Shown: positions 1 through 9,142, counted from the stretch's first letter. The stretch is 33,047 nt of DNA from an uncultured Caldisericota bacterium (GCA_964575745.1 CAZNRO010000006.1:1-33047); one strand, 5' to 3'. Made by a program: numbers and translations. Notes: a model not told the origin generated them from the sequence alone.

Positions 1-39
1 TCACTTTTATCAGGGAGCAGAATTGGTGAAAATAAATGA
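1..39 (+). CDS. 3' end of an unidentified upstream gene (partial, 12 codons)
   Basis: Frame 1 is open from the window edge to TGA at 37-39. That stop overlaps the queA ATG at 36 (ATGA), the pattern seen at other coupled junctions here. The fragment is too short to identify. Confidence 0.3.
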   Translation, partial: SLLSGSRIGENK

Positions 40-1052
40 AAACTGAACTTTTTGATTTTCATCTCCCAGAGGAACTCATTGCTCAGGAACCTGTAAAAGA
101 TAGAGATAAAGCAAAACTTCTTGTTTTAAGAAAAGATACAGGAGAGATAGAACATAAAATTTTTTATGAGATAGTCCATTATCTTAAAAAGGGAGATGTT
201 CTTGTCTTAAACAACACAAAGGTTATAAGGGCAAAGATAACTGGAAAATTTATGGATACAGGTGGGAAATTTGATGGGCTGTTCTTAAAGGCAGGGAATG
301 GGTGGATGGAGGTCATTGTAAAAAAGGCAAAAAGGGCAAGAGTTGGAAGGAAAATAGTTTTTAAAGATGGAACAGTGGGGGTGGTAAAAGAAATCCTTCC
401 TGAAGGCAAAAGGGTGGTAGAGCTTGAAGGAAATGTGGATGTAATGAATTTTATTGATAGAGTTGGAGATGTACCCCTTCCACCGTATATAAAATCTATG
501 GGCATAAAGGAGGAGGATTATCAAACTGTTTATGCCAAAAAAAAGGGCTCCCTCGCCTCCCCCACAGCAGGACTCCACTTTACAGAAGGGCTCCTTGAAA
601 AAATCAAGAGTATAGGGATTGATGTTCTTTATGTAACCCTTCATGTTGGATTGGGAACTTTTAGACCTATAAGGACTGAGAATATTGAGGATCATGAGAT
701 GGAAGAGGAGTGGATTGAAGTTTCACCCGAAGTGGTAGAAAAAATTATTAAGACCAAAGAGAGGGGAGGAAGAATTTTTGCTGTGGGGACAACAGTGGTA
801 AGATCCCTTGAAACAGCAGCACTTTCAGGAAAACTTAAGCCTTTTAGAGGCTACACAAATTTATTCATTAAACCCGGTTTTAAGTTTAATGTTGTAGATG
901 CATTAATTACAAATTTTCATCTCCCGAAGACAACCCTTATTGTTCTTGTCTCTTCATTTGCTGGAAGAGAAAAAATTATGGAGGCATACAGGGAGGCTGT
1001 TAAAAAGAAGTACCGCTTCTTTTCTTTTGGAGACGCAATGTTAATAATTTGA
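36..1052 (+). CDS. queA: S-adenosylmethionine:tRNA ribosyltransferase-isomerase (queuosine biosynthesis)
   Basis: 338 aa. The N-terminus MKTELFDFHLPEELIAQEP...GDVLVLNNTKVIRAK, and GTTVVRSLE and FFSFGDAMLI near the C-terminus, match the QueA family end to end. A GGTGA SD lies upstream. Confidence 0.95.
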   Translation: MKTELFDFHLPEELIAQEPVKDRDKAKLLVLRKDTGEIEHKIFYEIVHYLKKGDVLVLNNTKVIRAKITGKFMDTGGKFDGLFLKAGNGWMEVIVKKAKRARVGRKIVFKDGTVGVVKEILPEGKRVVELEGNVDVMNFIDRVGDVPLPPYIKSMGIKEEDYQTVYAKKKGSLASPTAGLHFTEGLLEKIKSIGIDVLYVTLHVGLGTFRPIRTENIEDHEMEEEWIEVSPEVVEKIIKTKERGGRIFAVGTTVVRSLETAALSGKLKPFRGYTNLFIKPGFKFNVVDALITNFHLPKTTLIVLVSSFAGREKIMEAYREAVKKKYRFFSFGDAMLII

Positions 1053-1053
1053 A

Positions 1054-1081
1054 TTGACTAATCTTTAAAAAATTCTAAAAT
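1054..1081 (+). promoter_or_regulatory. Putative sigma70-type promoter (TTGACT-N16-TAAAAT) for the phosphatase gene
   Basis: TTGACT at 1054-1059, a 16-nt spacer, then TAAAAT at 1076-1081. It lies about 40 nt upstream of the AGGAGG SD and ATG 1124. The secD promoter has the same hexamers and spacing. Confidence 0.45.
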
Positions 1082-1123
1082 TAAAGTGTCAATAAAACAT
1101 TAAAATATGAGGAGGTAAAACTA

Positions 1124-3559
1124 ATGAAAAAATTACAGTGGAAGTATTTTGTCGTTGCCATCGTTGTCTTCCTTCTCTTAACCCCTACTGTTATGGGTAT
1201 GAAGGGTCTTCCAGTTACACCCCTTGGCGATGATCCACCAACAGGGTTACATCTTTACTGGAATGATGATCTTTCCACCACCATAGTTATTTCATGGAAA
1301 ACCCTTAACCCAGATTCTGGTGACATGGTTTACTACGACACAGAGTCCAAAAAAGGAATGGAGGGTGATCCAGCAGAGCTCTATGCATACTCGGCAGAGG
1401 GAACCCATCACACCATTGAAGACCTGGGAGGTTACATTCACGATGTAAAACTAACAGGTCTTGAACCAGGAAAGACTTATTACTTTGTGTGTGGTGGTCC
1501 TGGAGGATTTGAAGAGGAGCGTAAATTTAAAACACTTCCTGAAAATCCTGATCACGTAAGATTTGTTTTTGGTGGTGATTCAAGAGAAGGAGCCACCGAT
1601 TTTCCATGGGGAAGGGACGAGATTTCAAAGTTAATGGTCACCTATGATCCAGATTTCGTTATTCATTGTGGAGATTTTGTAAGAAAACCATTTAGTGCTT
1701 CTCACTGGGATGATTGGTTTAATCATATGGATGAAACATGGATTGATAGTGAAGGATACACAATTCCAATAATCCCATTTTTAGGAAATCATGAGGTTGG
1801 GACAGAGGATGAATTTATGGAAACAAAGGAAGATGCAAAGTTCTACTTCGAGTACTTTAACATGCTGCCTGAACCTCAAACCTGGTATTCATTGGATATA
1901 ACCCCATACATTCATTTTACCGCCCTTAACAGTGAGACATATACAGGACCTCATAGTGATCAGTATAAGTGGGCAGATAAAGATTTAGGTGAAGCAAAAG
2001 ACGTGACATGGAAGTTTGTAGGTTTTCACAGACCTGCCTTTGATCCAAGAGGCAAGGGAACTTCAGAGTATTTCCTCCCACTTCTTGATAAGCATCACGT
2101 TGATATAGTTTTAAATGGTGATGTTCACCTTTACGAGAGACTCCAGCCCATGAATGTTAGCTCTTATCCAGGGGAGTATGTTTCCTTTGATAAGGGAACA
2201 GTTCATATTGTGTCTGGTGGATGGGGAGCTCCACTCTATATGCATTATCCTCTATGGTATGATGCATGCGGTCCAATTGCAGAGTATAACTTTACCGTAT
2301 TTGATGTGACACCTACAATGCTTCACATGCAAGCTATAGATGTAAATGGAGATGTTATAGATGAATTTACCATAAATAAGGAACTTTCAGAACCACAGAT
2401 AGTTGTTAGAGCAAAAGCCACATCAGATCCAGATGATGTATCAGGACCATCACCTCTTACTGACTTTGGTCCTGGTGATACTCCACCTATAGTTGGTATA
2501 AGTAAAGTTGGAAAAGGAACGGTGGTTGCCAGTGGTACTGCCTGGTCATGCGAGAATGGTGGCTGGGTTAAAGGTGAATTTGATGTATTTCTTGATATAC
2601 TATTCCAGAAAATGGTTGAAGGGGCAAAGAAAATTCTCTGGTATGAAGGATACAGTGCAAGATTTACTACAGAAGAATCATCAGATTTAATCTCTGCCCT
2701 AAAAGATATGGGTTATGAAGTTGTGGGAGACAACACTGAACCAATCACAATGGATTTACTTAAAGACTATGATGTTCTTGTTATTCCACAACTAAGACTT
2801 GGTTCTGGCTATGAAGGTGGAGATCCAAGTCTCCTTCCGTGGGATGATGTTTATGCGATAAAGGACTTTGTTGAGGGAGGAAAAGGACTCCTTGTTATGG
2901 ATGCCTGCGATTATGGTGGAAACAACTTTAATAGAGTCCAGAACAAGATCCTTGCTGGAGTTGGTGCAGGTTTAACTCTCCAGTCAGACTGCGTTTATGA
3001 CTGGGTAAATAACTGGAAGAGAGGCTGGTATCCAATTGTTGAAGTTGATTCTGAGACAGATATTGGTGGAGCCTATGTAGAGAGAACGGGTAAAACTGAA
3101 ATAGAACTTTACGAGCTTTGTTCTGTTGTTATAAGTCCTCCAACATACCTTGAAAGCGTTTCTGGCGGTGAGAAAGCAATCATTGATGGAAGAAAGAAGA
3201 TGGCTGATGCAAGAGTTATTATAGAGGTAAAGGATGGTGCAAAAGGTGTTGTTGGTATCCAGAACCTTGGAAATTCAGGAGATCGTAAGCTTCTAAAGTG
3301 TGTGGATATTTCAACAGACATACCAGATGATGAGATTGTGTGGCCTGTAACAGTGGAGGTTTATTACACTGATAAAGAGCTTGAGGAGTGGGGACTCACC
3401 AATGAAAGTTCACTCTGGCTTTACTACTGGGATTCTGAGCAGGGAATGTGGCGTCTCTGTCCGGAAAGTGGAGTGAATGCAGAGAGAAACTGCGTTGTAG
3501 GAAATGCAAATCACTTCACAAAATTTGCCATAATGGGTGGACCAATAAGAGTTCCATAA
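1124..3559 (+). CDS. Secreted multi-domain metallophosphoesterase: purple-acid-phosphatase-like N-terminal half, a flavodoxin/GATase1-like middle domain, and a C-terminal beta-sandwich tail
   Basis: 811 aa. Signal peptide MKKLQWKYFVVAIVVFLLLTPTVMG. PAP-type FN3-like N-domain (LHLYWNDD..ISWKT..LTGLEPGKTYYF). Calcineurin-like motifs GGDSREG, CGDFVR, GNHE, GFHRP, GDVHLYER. Middle region contains DYDVLVIPQ...FVEGGKGLLVMD. The tail ends ...LWLYYWDSEQGMWRL...ANHFTKFAIMG. Strong AGGAGG SD. Confidence 0.85.
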   Translation: MKKLQWKYFVVAIVVFLLLTPTVMGMKGLPVTPLGDDPPTGLHLYWNDDLSTTIVISWKTLNPDSGDMVYYDTESKKGMEGDPAELYAYSAEGTHHTIEDLGGYIHDVKLTGLEPGKTYYFVCGGPGGFEEERKFKTLPENPDHVRFVFGGDSREGATDFPWGRDEISKLMVTYDPDFVIHCGDFVRKPFSASHWDDWFNHMDETWIDSEGYTIPIIPFLGNHEVGTEDEFMETKEDAKFYFEYFNMLPEPQTWYSLDITPYIHFTALNSETYTGPHSDQYKWADKDLGEAKDVTWKFVGFHRPAFDPRGKGTSEYFLPLLDKHHVDIVLNGDVHLYERLQPMNVSSYPGEYVSFDKGTVHIVSGGWGAPLYMHYPLWYDACGPIAEYNFTVFDVTPTMLHMQAIDVNGDVIDEFTINKELSEPQIVVRAKATSDPDDVSGPSPLTDFGPGDTPPIVGISKVGKGTVVASGTAWSCENGGWVKGEFDVFLDILFQKMVEGAKKILWYEGYSARFTTEESSDLISALKDMGYEVVGDNTEPITMDLLKDYDVLVIPQLRLGSGYEGGDPSLLPWDDVYAIKDFVEGGKGLLVMDACDYGGNNFNRVQNKILAGVGAGLTLQSDCVYDWVNNWKRGWYPIVEVDSETDIGGAYVERTGKTEIELYELCSVVISPPTYLESVSGGEKAIIDGRKKMADARVIIEVKDGAKGVVGIQNLGNSGDRKLLKCVDISTDIPDDEIVWPVTVEVYYTDKELEEWGLTNESSLWLYYWDSEQGMWRLCPESGVNAERNCVVGNANHFTKFAIMGGPIRVP

Positions 3560-3581
3560 TTAAGGCAAGAGTAGATTTAAT

Positions 3582-3610
3582 AAAGGGGGCGAATGCCCCC
3601 TTTATTATTT
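3582..3610 (+). terminator. Rho-independent terminator
   Basis: AAAGGGGGC (3582-3590), loop GAAT, GCCCCCTTT (3595-3603), followed by the T-rich run ATTATTT. It begins 23 nt after the stop codon. Confidence 0.8.
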
Positions 3611-3670
3611 AATATTTAAAATCAAGTAACAAGAAAATTCCTCTTTAAATGATAAACTTATATTGTGTTC

Positions 3671-3698
3671 TTGACTTTGAATTTAAAATAACTAAAAT
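3671..3698 (+). promoter_or_regulatory. Putative sigma70-type promoter (TTGACT-N16-TAAAAT) for secDF-apt
   Basis: TTGACT at 3671-3676, a 16-nt spacer, then TAAAAT at 3693-3698. This leaves a leader of about 25 nt that contains the AAGGAGG SD before ATG 3730. Confidence 0.45.
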
Positions 3699-3729
3699 TA
3701 GTAAGGTCTAAGGTTAAGGAGGAAAGAAT

Positions 3730-4950
3730 ATGAAACTAAAGAGCTATATCGGAAAGATTCTGTTTCTAATTGTAGTTATCGCAATTGCAGTCTGGGCTAT
3801 TAAAACCCAGGAACCTATACTTGGTCTTGATTTGAAAGGGGGAGTTCACATAGTGCTTGAATGTGAGGATACTGAAGCTGCAAAGGCAACTCCAGAGCTT
3901 ATAGAAAGCACAAGAGCTGTTATTGAAAACAGAGTTAATGCCCTCGGGCTTTCAGAAGCAGTTGTTCAAAGGGCAGGGGGAATAAATTCAAAACGAATTA
4001 TTGTAGATATCCCGGGCATGAAGGATCCAACAAAGGCCGAAGAGCTAATTGGAAAGACAGCGCTTCTTCAATTTAAGACAGAGGATGGAAATGTGATTAT
4101 CACAGGAGCAGATTTGAAGGATGTAAAGGTTGCTCTATCTCGAGAAACAGGCCATGAAGGTGAAGCTGTAATCCAGTTTACTCTAACATCCGAAGGAGCA
4201 AAGAAATTCGCAGAAGCCACAGAGGAGAATGTGGGAAAGCATATTGCTATATATCTTGATGAGGACCTACTTATGAATCCTGTGGTAAATGAGCCAATTA
4301 CCGATGGAAAAGGAATCATAGAGGGTGGTTTTACTCCAGAAAAGGCATCTGAGTATGTTGCTCTACTTAAGGGAGGTTCCTTACCTTTAAAGGTTGAGAT
4401 ACTCTCTTCAGAGATTATTGGACCATCCCTTGGAGAGGACATGATAAAGCTGAGTGAGAAAGCTGCAATCCTTGCTTTTATTCTGATTGCACTTTATATG
4501 ATGGCCTACTATAGATTTATGGGATTTCTGGCAACAGTTGCTCTCACTATATTCCTTCTTCTTGATTTTGGAATTCTTTTACTTCTAAAGGCAACATTTT
4601 CCCTTCCAGCAATTGCAGGAATCGTACTTACCCTTGGAATGGCTGTGGATGCAAATGTGATTATTTTTGAGAGAATAAAGGAAGAGATTAGAGGCGGAAA
4701 GACTTTAAAAACGAGCGTAAGTCTTGGGTTTAGGAAGGCTTTTAGAACTGTATTTGACTCCAACGTTACCACTCTTTCAGGAGCAATAGCTATTATCTGG
4801 TTTGGAACAGGTCTGATTAAGGGATTTGGAATAACCTTAAGTCTTGGAATTGTTATATCCTTCTTCTCAGCCATATTTGTTACAAGACTACTCATTGATA
4901 TATTCTCATCCACATCTCTTGCAAAGTATAAATCTATATTTGGATATTAA
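3730..4950 (+). CDS. secD: Protein translocase subunit SecD
   Basis: 406 aa. N-terminal TM segment, LGLDLKGGVHIVLE motif, a periplasmic domain, and six C-terminal TM segments with GMAVDANVIIFERIKEE. Confidence 0.95.
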   Translation: MKLKSYIGKILFLIVVIAIAVWAIKTQEPILGLDLKGGVHIVLECEDTEAAKATPELIESTRAVIENRVNALGLSEAVVQRAGGINSKRIIVDIPGMKDPTKAEELIGKTALLQFKTEDGNVIITGADLKDVKVALSRETGHEGEAVIQFTLTSEGAKKFAEATEENVGKHIAIYLDEDLLMNPVVNEPITDGKGIIEGGFTPEKASEYVALLKGGSLPLKVEILSSEIIGPSLGEDMIKLSEKAAILAFILIALYMMAYYRFMGFLATVALTIFLLLDFGILLLLKATFSLPAIAGIVLTLGMAVDANVIIFERIKEEIRGGKTLKTSVSLGFRKAFRTVFDSNVTTLSGAIAIIWFGTGLIKGFGITLSLGIVISFFSAIFVTRLLIDIFSSTSLAKYKSIFGY

Positions 4951-4962
4951 AGGAGAGTAAAA

Positions 4963-6018
4963 ATGAAGAAGTTTGATGTATTAAACTGGCAAATAGTTCC
5001 CAAAATGAAACTCTGGTTTACCCTGTCCCTTATAGTTATACTGATTGGTGTGGCAGGGATGATCATAAACTATGTGAGAGTGGGTTCTCCCGTTATTCTT
5101 GGGTTAGACTTTACAGGTGGAACCATTCTTGATTTAAAGTTTGAGAAATCTGCAGATGTAGGTGCCTCAAGAGACATTCTTAAAAGTTTTGGATTGGGAG
5201 ATGCTGTTATTCAGGTTGCTCAGGACGGGAGACTTATTATAAGAACAAATAAACCACTTAAGACAAACGAAAGAGAGGAGATTTTTGATTCTTTAGAGGC
5301 AAAGTTTGGAAAACTTGACAGAGAGAGTATAAGGGTTGAAACCATAGGTCCAACAATTTCAGATGAGTTAAAGAAAAACGGTGCCATAGCACTGGGAGTA
5401 GGTTTGCTTTTCATATTTATATACATAACCATAAGATTCCAGTTTAGGTTTGCTGTTGTTACTGTTCTTGCTTTGATACACGACGTTCTTGTAACCTTCG
5501 GCCTCCTTGCCCTTATTGGTCAGGAGCTTAATAGTCCATTTATTGGTGCACTTCTTGCTATAATAGCATACTCTGTGGAAGACTCAGTGGTTGTTCTTGA
5601 CAGAGTAAGGGAAAACCTAAAGATTCTTAAAGGAAAGATGAGTTATGCAGAGATAGTAAATAAGAGTATATGCCAATCTGTCACCCGTTCATTTAATACC
5701 TCTTTCACCACATTCCTTGCAATACTTGCCCTTATTCTTTTCGGTGGAGCAACAATAAGAGACTTCTCCTTCACCCTTCTCTTTGGAATACTTTCCGGTA
5801 CATATTCATCAATATTTATAGCAGCACCCTTGCTTGTTGTATGGGATAAGTTGAGAAAACACGAAATCGAAGAGAAGCCGAGGAAAGCTATTGCTCCACA
5901 GCCCGCCACTGTAGCAGTCGGAACTGGTTCAGGGGAGGTAGTTCAAAAGGAGGAATCAAAGTCTACAAGAAGAAAAAAGAAAAATAAAAAGAAGAAAAAG
6001 AAAGGGAAAAGGAGGTAA
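4963..6018 (+). CDS. secF: Protein translocase subunit SecF with a C-terminal polybasic extension
   Basis: 351 aa. LGLDFTGGT motif and YSVEDSVVVLDRVREN. Follows secD by 12 nt with an AAGGAGAG SD. The last 55 aa or so form a non-canonical tail ending RRKKKNKKKKKKGKRR. Confidence 0.93.
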   Translation: MKKFDVLNWQIVPKMKLWFTLSLIVILIGVAGMIINYVRVGSPVILGLDFTGGTILDLKFEKSADVGASRDILKSFGLGDAVIQVAQDGRLIIRTNKPLKTNEREEIFDSLEAKFGKLDRESIRVETIGPTISDELKKNGAIALGVGLLFIFIYITIRFQFRFAVVTVLALIHDVLVTFGLLALIGQELNSPFIGALLAIIAYSVEDSVVVLDRVRENLKILKGKMSYAEIVNKSICQSVTRSFNTSFTTFLAILALILFGGATIRDFSFTLLFGILSGTYSSIFIAAPLLVVWDKLRKHEIEEKPRKAIAPQPATVAVGTGSGEVVQKEESKSTRRKKKNKKKKKKGKRR

Positions 6019-6024
6019 AATAGC

Positions 6025-6537
6025 ATGGATCTAACAAAGTTTATAAGAAACATTCCAGATTTTCCACAGAAGGGCATTTTATTCAGAGACATTACTCCTC
6101 TTTTAAGGAATCATGAAGCCTTCAAGTATGCCATTGATAGCATTTATGAGAAACACAAGGATGAAAAAATTGATGTTGTTGTAGGTATTGAGGCAAGAGG
6201 TTTTATTCTTGCATCTACTATAGCATATAGACTTGGAGCTGGTTTTGTTCCTGTGAGAAAACCCGGCAAACTTCCATGGAAGACAGTTAGAAAGGAGTAT
6301 GAACTTGAATATGGAATGGCTATTCTTGAAATCCATGAGGATGCTATAAAGAAGGGAGAAAGAGTTCTCATAGTAGATGATGTTCTTGCAACAGGCGGTA
6401 CTGCCAAAGCAACAGTAGACCTTGTAGAAAAACTCGGTGGAAATGTTGTGGGTATTTCCTTTCTCATTGAATTAGAAGGACTTAATGGAAGGGAGAAGCT
6501 CAAAGATTACAATGTGTTCTCCCTTATGAAACTATAA
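6025..6537 (+). CDS. apt: Adenine phosphoribosyltransferase
   Basis: 170 aa. IPDFPQKGILFRDITPLL, and the PRPP-binding loop VLIVDDVLATGGTA. Confidence 0.95.
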   Translation: MDLTKFIRNIPDFPQKGILFRDITPLLRNHEAFKYAIDSIYEKHKDEKIDVVVGIEARGFILASTIAYRLGAGFVPVRKPGKLPWKTVRKEYELEYGMAILEIHEDAIKKGERVLIVDDVLATGGTAKATVDLVEKLGGNVVGISFLIELEGLNGREKLKDYNVFSLMKL

Positions 6538-6568
6538 AGAAAAATCAATTTAGAAAATTCTTGATTTT

Positions 6569-6596
6569 AAGTGCACCGATTCGGTGCACTTTTTTA
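6569..6596 (+). terminator. Rho-independent terminator
   Basis: GTGCACCG (6571-6578) pairs with CGGTGCAC (6582-6589), followed by six Ts at 6590-6595. It lies about 30 nt after the apt stop. Confidence 0.8.
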
Positions 6597-6598
6597 AT

Positions 6599-6628
6599 TT
6601 GACAAAGGGGTATTCTTTGTGTTAATTT
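6599..6628 (+). promoter_or_regulatory. Putative promoter for relA-dtd (TTGACA-N18-TAATTT with an upstream TG)
   Basis: TTGACA at 6599-6604. TGtTAATTT at 6620-6628 (extended -10). The leader carries a GAGGAG SD before ATG 6660. Confidence 0.4.
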
Positions 6629-6659
6629 CTATTTAACAGAGGGTTTAAAGAGGAGCTTT

Positions 6660-8693
6660 ATGGACAAAGGCGAAGCAAAAGAAGTAAATCTCTCCCAGGA
6701 TCTTTTATTATGGGAGAAATTCAAAGAGAAAGCAAAAGGAAAGATAATTGAAAAGGATATAAACTTCCTTGAAAAGGCATATCTTTTCGCAAAAAAGTAT
6801 CATGAAGGGCAGACGAGAAAGTCAGGGGAGCCATACATACTCCATCCACTGAACGTTGCCTTGATCCTACTTTCCTTTAATCTTGATGTTCCAACCCTTG
6901 CAGCAGGAATACTCCACGATGTTGTGGAGGATACAGGAGTCAGTATAGATACTCTCAAAGAGAAGTTTGGTAAAGAAATAGCAGGTCTTGTTAACGGAGT
7001 TACCAAAATTTCCCAGATAAAATTTCTGTCCCTTGAGGAAAGAAAGCTTGAGTCTTTAAGGAAGGTCCTCATTGCTATGGCAACAGACTTCAGAGTGGTT
7101 TTCATAAAACTTGCCGATAGATTACACAACATGAGGACTCTTAACTTTCTTCCTCCTGAAAAGAGAAAAAGGATTGCCAGAGAGACGCTGGAAATTTATG
7201 TTCCCCTTGCCCATAGATTGGGAATATACTCCTTAAAGTGGGAGCTTGAAGATCTCTGTCTTAAGTATCTTGAACCTGAAATATATCAGGATCTTAAAGT
7301 AAAAGTTGCAAGAAAGAGGGAGGAAAGAGAAGAGGAGATAGAGAGAATAAAGGAAAAGATAGAGAACTTCTTAAAGGATAAAGGAATTATCTGTAGAGTT
7401 GAGGGAAGAGCAAAGAACCTTTACTCAATATATAGAAAGATGAAGTATGACAATAAGACCTTTGAAGAGATATTTGATTTAACAGCCTTAAGGGTTATTG
7501 TTCCGACAGTTACAGATTGCTATAAAGCTCTTGGATACATCCATACTCTGTGGAAGCCTGTTCCAGGAAGGGTTAAAGATTACATAGCCATTCCAAAACC
7601 AAACGGTTATCAATCCCTTCACACAACAGTTATAGGAGATAGAGGAGAACCTTTTGAGGTTCAGATAAGAACCGAGGAGATGCATGTAAGATGTGAAATG
7701 GGAGTTGCTGCTCACTGGGCTTATAAGGAGAAGGGGAAGAAATTAGAGGAGACCCTTTTGAACAAGATGAACTGGATAAGACAGATATCTGAGTGGCAGA
7801 GGACCATTCCATCTGCAAAGGAGTTTATAAATAGAGTAAAGGAAGACCTCTTCTCTGATGAAATTTTTGTTTTTACTCCAAAGGGGGAGATAATAAATCT
7901 TCCAAAGGGTGCAACTCCTGTGGATTTTGCCTATAAGATTCACACAGAGATAGGACATAAGTGCATTGGTGCAAAGGTGAATGGTAGAATTGTCCCTCTT
8001 GACTACAAACTTAAGACAGGCGAGAGGGTGGAGATTCTTGTTTCAAAGACATCTCCAGGCCCATCCCGTGACTGGCTCAAATTTGTTAAAAGCCCTTCAA
8101 CAAGAGAGAAGATAAGGCAGTTCTTTAGAAGGAAAGAAAGAGAAGAGATAGAGGAAGAAGAGAAGGAAGAGGTAAAAGAGGAAGAGAAGGGCATAATCCT
8201 TGAGAGAAAAATAAGGAGGGGAAATAAACTTGGAATTGTAGTTTCAGGAGTTAAGGGAAATCTACTTATAAATCTTGCAAAGTGTTGCACTCCAATTCCA
8301 GGAGATGAAATCATCGGTTATATAACAAAAGGAAGGGGAATTGTTATACACAGGAGAGATTGTAAGAATCTCTTGAGACTCCTTGCAGATAAGCCTGAAG
8401 CAAGAAACAAACTGGTTAAGGTTGAGTGGACTGAAGGGGGGAAAGTCTTTTATCCAGTAAAAGTTGATGTTGTTGTAAAGGACACACCAGGGCTACTTAA
8501 CAAGATAACCTCAATAATAGCCAAGTATGGGATAAATATTGAGTCAATTCATGCTCCGCCACCAAAAGGAAAGGAGAGGCTTACAACAATACACCTAACT
8601 CTTCAGGTTCCTGGGGATAGGGCATTTAGCCAGCTTGTGAATGATCTTACCATTATACCGCAGGTTGTTGAGGTGAAGAGGACCTATAAATGA
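6660..8693 (+). CDS. relA: Bifunctional (p)ppGpp synthetase/hydrolase (long RSH, Rel/SpoT type)
   Basis: 677 aa. HD hydrolase motifs HPLNVALIL...HDVVEDT, synthetase motifs RAKNLYSIYRKM / GYQSLHTTV / EVQIRTEEMH, a TGS region (FTPKGEIINLPKGATPVDFAY) and a C-terminal ACT-like region. Includes a K/E-rich linker. Confidence 0.95.
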   Translation: MDKGEAKEVNLSQDLLLWEKFKEKAKGKIIEKDINFLEKAYLFAKKYHEGQTRKSGEPYILHPLNVALILLSFNLDVPTLAAGILHDVVEDTGVSIDTLKEKFGKEIAGLVNGVTKISQIKFLSLEERKLESLRKVLIAMATDFRVVFIKLADRLHNMRTLNFLPPEKRKRIARETLEIYVPLAHRLGIYSLKWELEDLCLKYLEPEIYQDLKVKVARKREEREEEIERIKEKIENFLKDKGIICRVEGRAKNLYSIYRKMKYDNKTFEEIFDLTALRVIVPTVTDCYKALGYIHTLWKPVPGRVKDYIAIPKPNGYQSLHTTVIGDRGEPFEVQIRTEEMHVRCEMGVAAHWAYKEKGKKLEETLLNKMNWIRQISEWQRTIPSAKEFINRVKEDLFSDEIFVFTPKGEIINLPKGATPVDFAYKIHTEIGHKCIGAKVNGRIVPLDYKLKTGERVEILVSKTSPGPSRDWLKFVKSPSTREKIRQFFRRKEREEIEEEEKEEVKEEEKGIILERKIRRGNKLGIVVSGVKGNLLINLAKCCTPIPGDEIIGYITKGRGIVIHRRDCKNLLRLLADKPEARNKLVKVEWTEGGKVFYPVKVDVVVKDTPGLLNKITSIIAKYGINIESIHAPPPKGKERLTTIHLTLQVPGDRAFSQLVNDLTIIPQVVEVKRTYK

Positions 8694-9142
8694 GAGCAGT
8701 TATACAGAGAGTAAAGGAAGCAAGTGTTGTTATAGATGGTAAAGTCTATTCAAATATTGAAAGAGGTTTCCTTGTTCTTCTTGCCGTGGAGGAGAAGGAT
8801 ACAGAAAAAGATATGGAATTTTTATTAAAAAAGATACCAAATTTAAGGGTGTTTGAGGATAAGGATGGAAAAATGAATTTATCCCTAAAGGATATAGCGG
8901 GAGAGATGCTTGTTGTATCTCAATTTACACTTCTTGGAAATGTGAAGAGGGGATTAAGGCCTGACTTTACGAGAGCTGAGAGGCCAGAGAGGGCAGAGAA
9001 GATGTATCTTGAGTTTGTAGAGAAGGTAAGGAAGCAGGGGATACCAGTAAAAACAGGGAAGTTTGCCGCCTTTATGGAGATAAGGTTGATAAACGAGGGT
9101 CCTGTCACTATAATTATTGACTCAAGATTTAGAGAGTTTTAA
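8690..9142 (+). CDS. dtd: D-aminoacyl-tRNA deacylase
   Basis: 150 aa. MRAVIQRV...SQFTL...NEGPVTI motifs. The start overlaps the relA stop (ATGA). Confidence 0.95.
   Translation: MRAVIQRVKEASVVIDGKVYSNIERGFLVLLAVEEKDTEKDMEFLLKKIPNLRVFEDKDGKMNLSLKDIAGEMLVVSQFTLLGNVKRGLRPDFTRAERPERAEKMYLEFVEKVRKQGIPVKTGKFAAFMEIRLINEGPVTIIIDSRFREF

Noticed and set aside
3557-3564. A single TAATTAAG copy at the phosphatase stop codon, considered as a possible extra centromere-like site.
   Set aside because: A single 8-mer in AT-rich sequence, containing the TAA stop, is within chance expectation.
5940-6018. The long A-rich run (AAGAAGAAAAAAGAAAAATAAAAAGAAGAAAAAGAAAGGG) in secF as a programmed frameshift or slippage site.
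   Set aside because: I saw no extended alternative-frame ORF through the run (checked only by eye). It simply encodes the Lys-rich tail and abuts the apt SD.
8110-8200. The K/E-rich insertion in RelA (RRKEREEIEEEEKEEVKEEEKG), considered as a novel domain.
   Set aside because: It is a low-complexity charged linker between the TGS and C-terminal regions. Such linkers are common in thermophile proteins and carry no specific signal.
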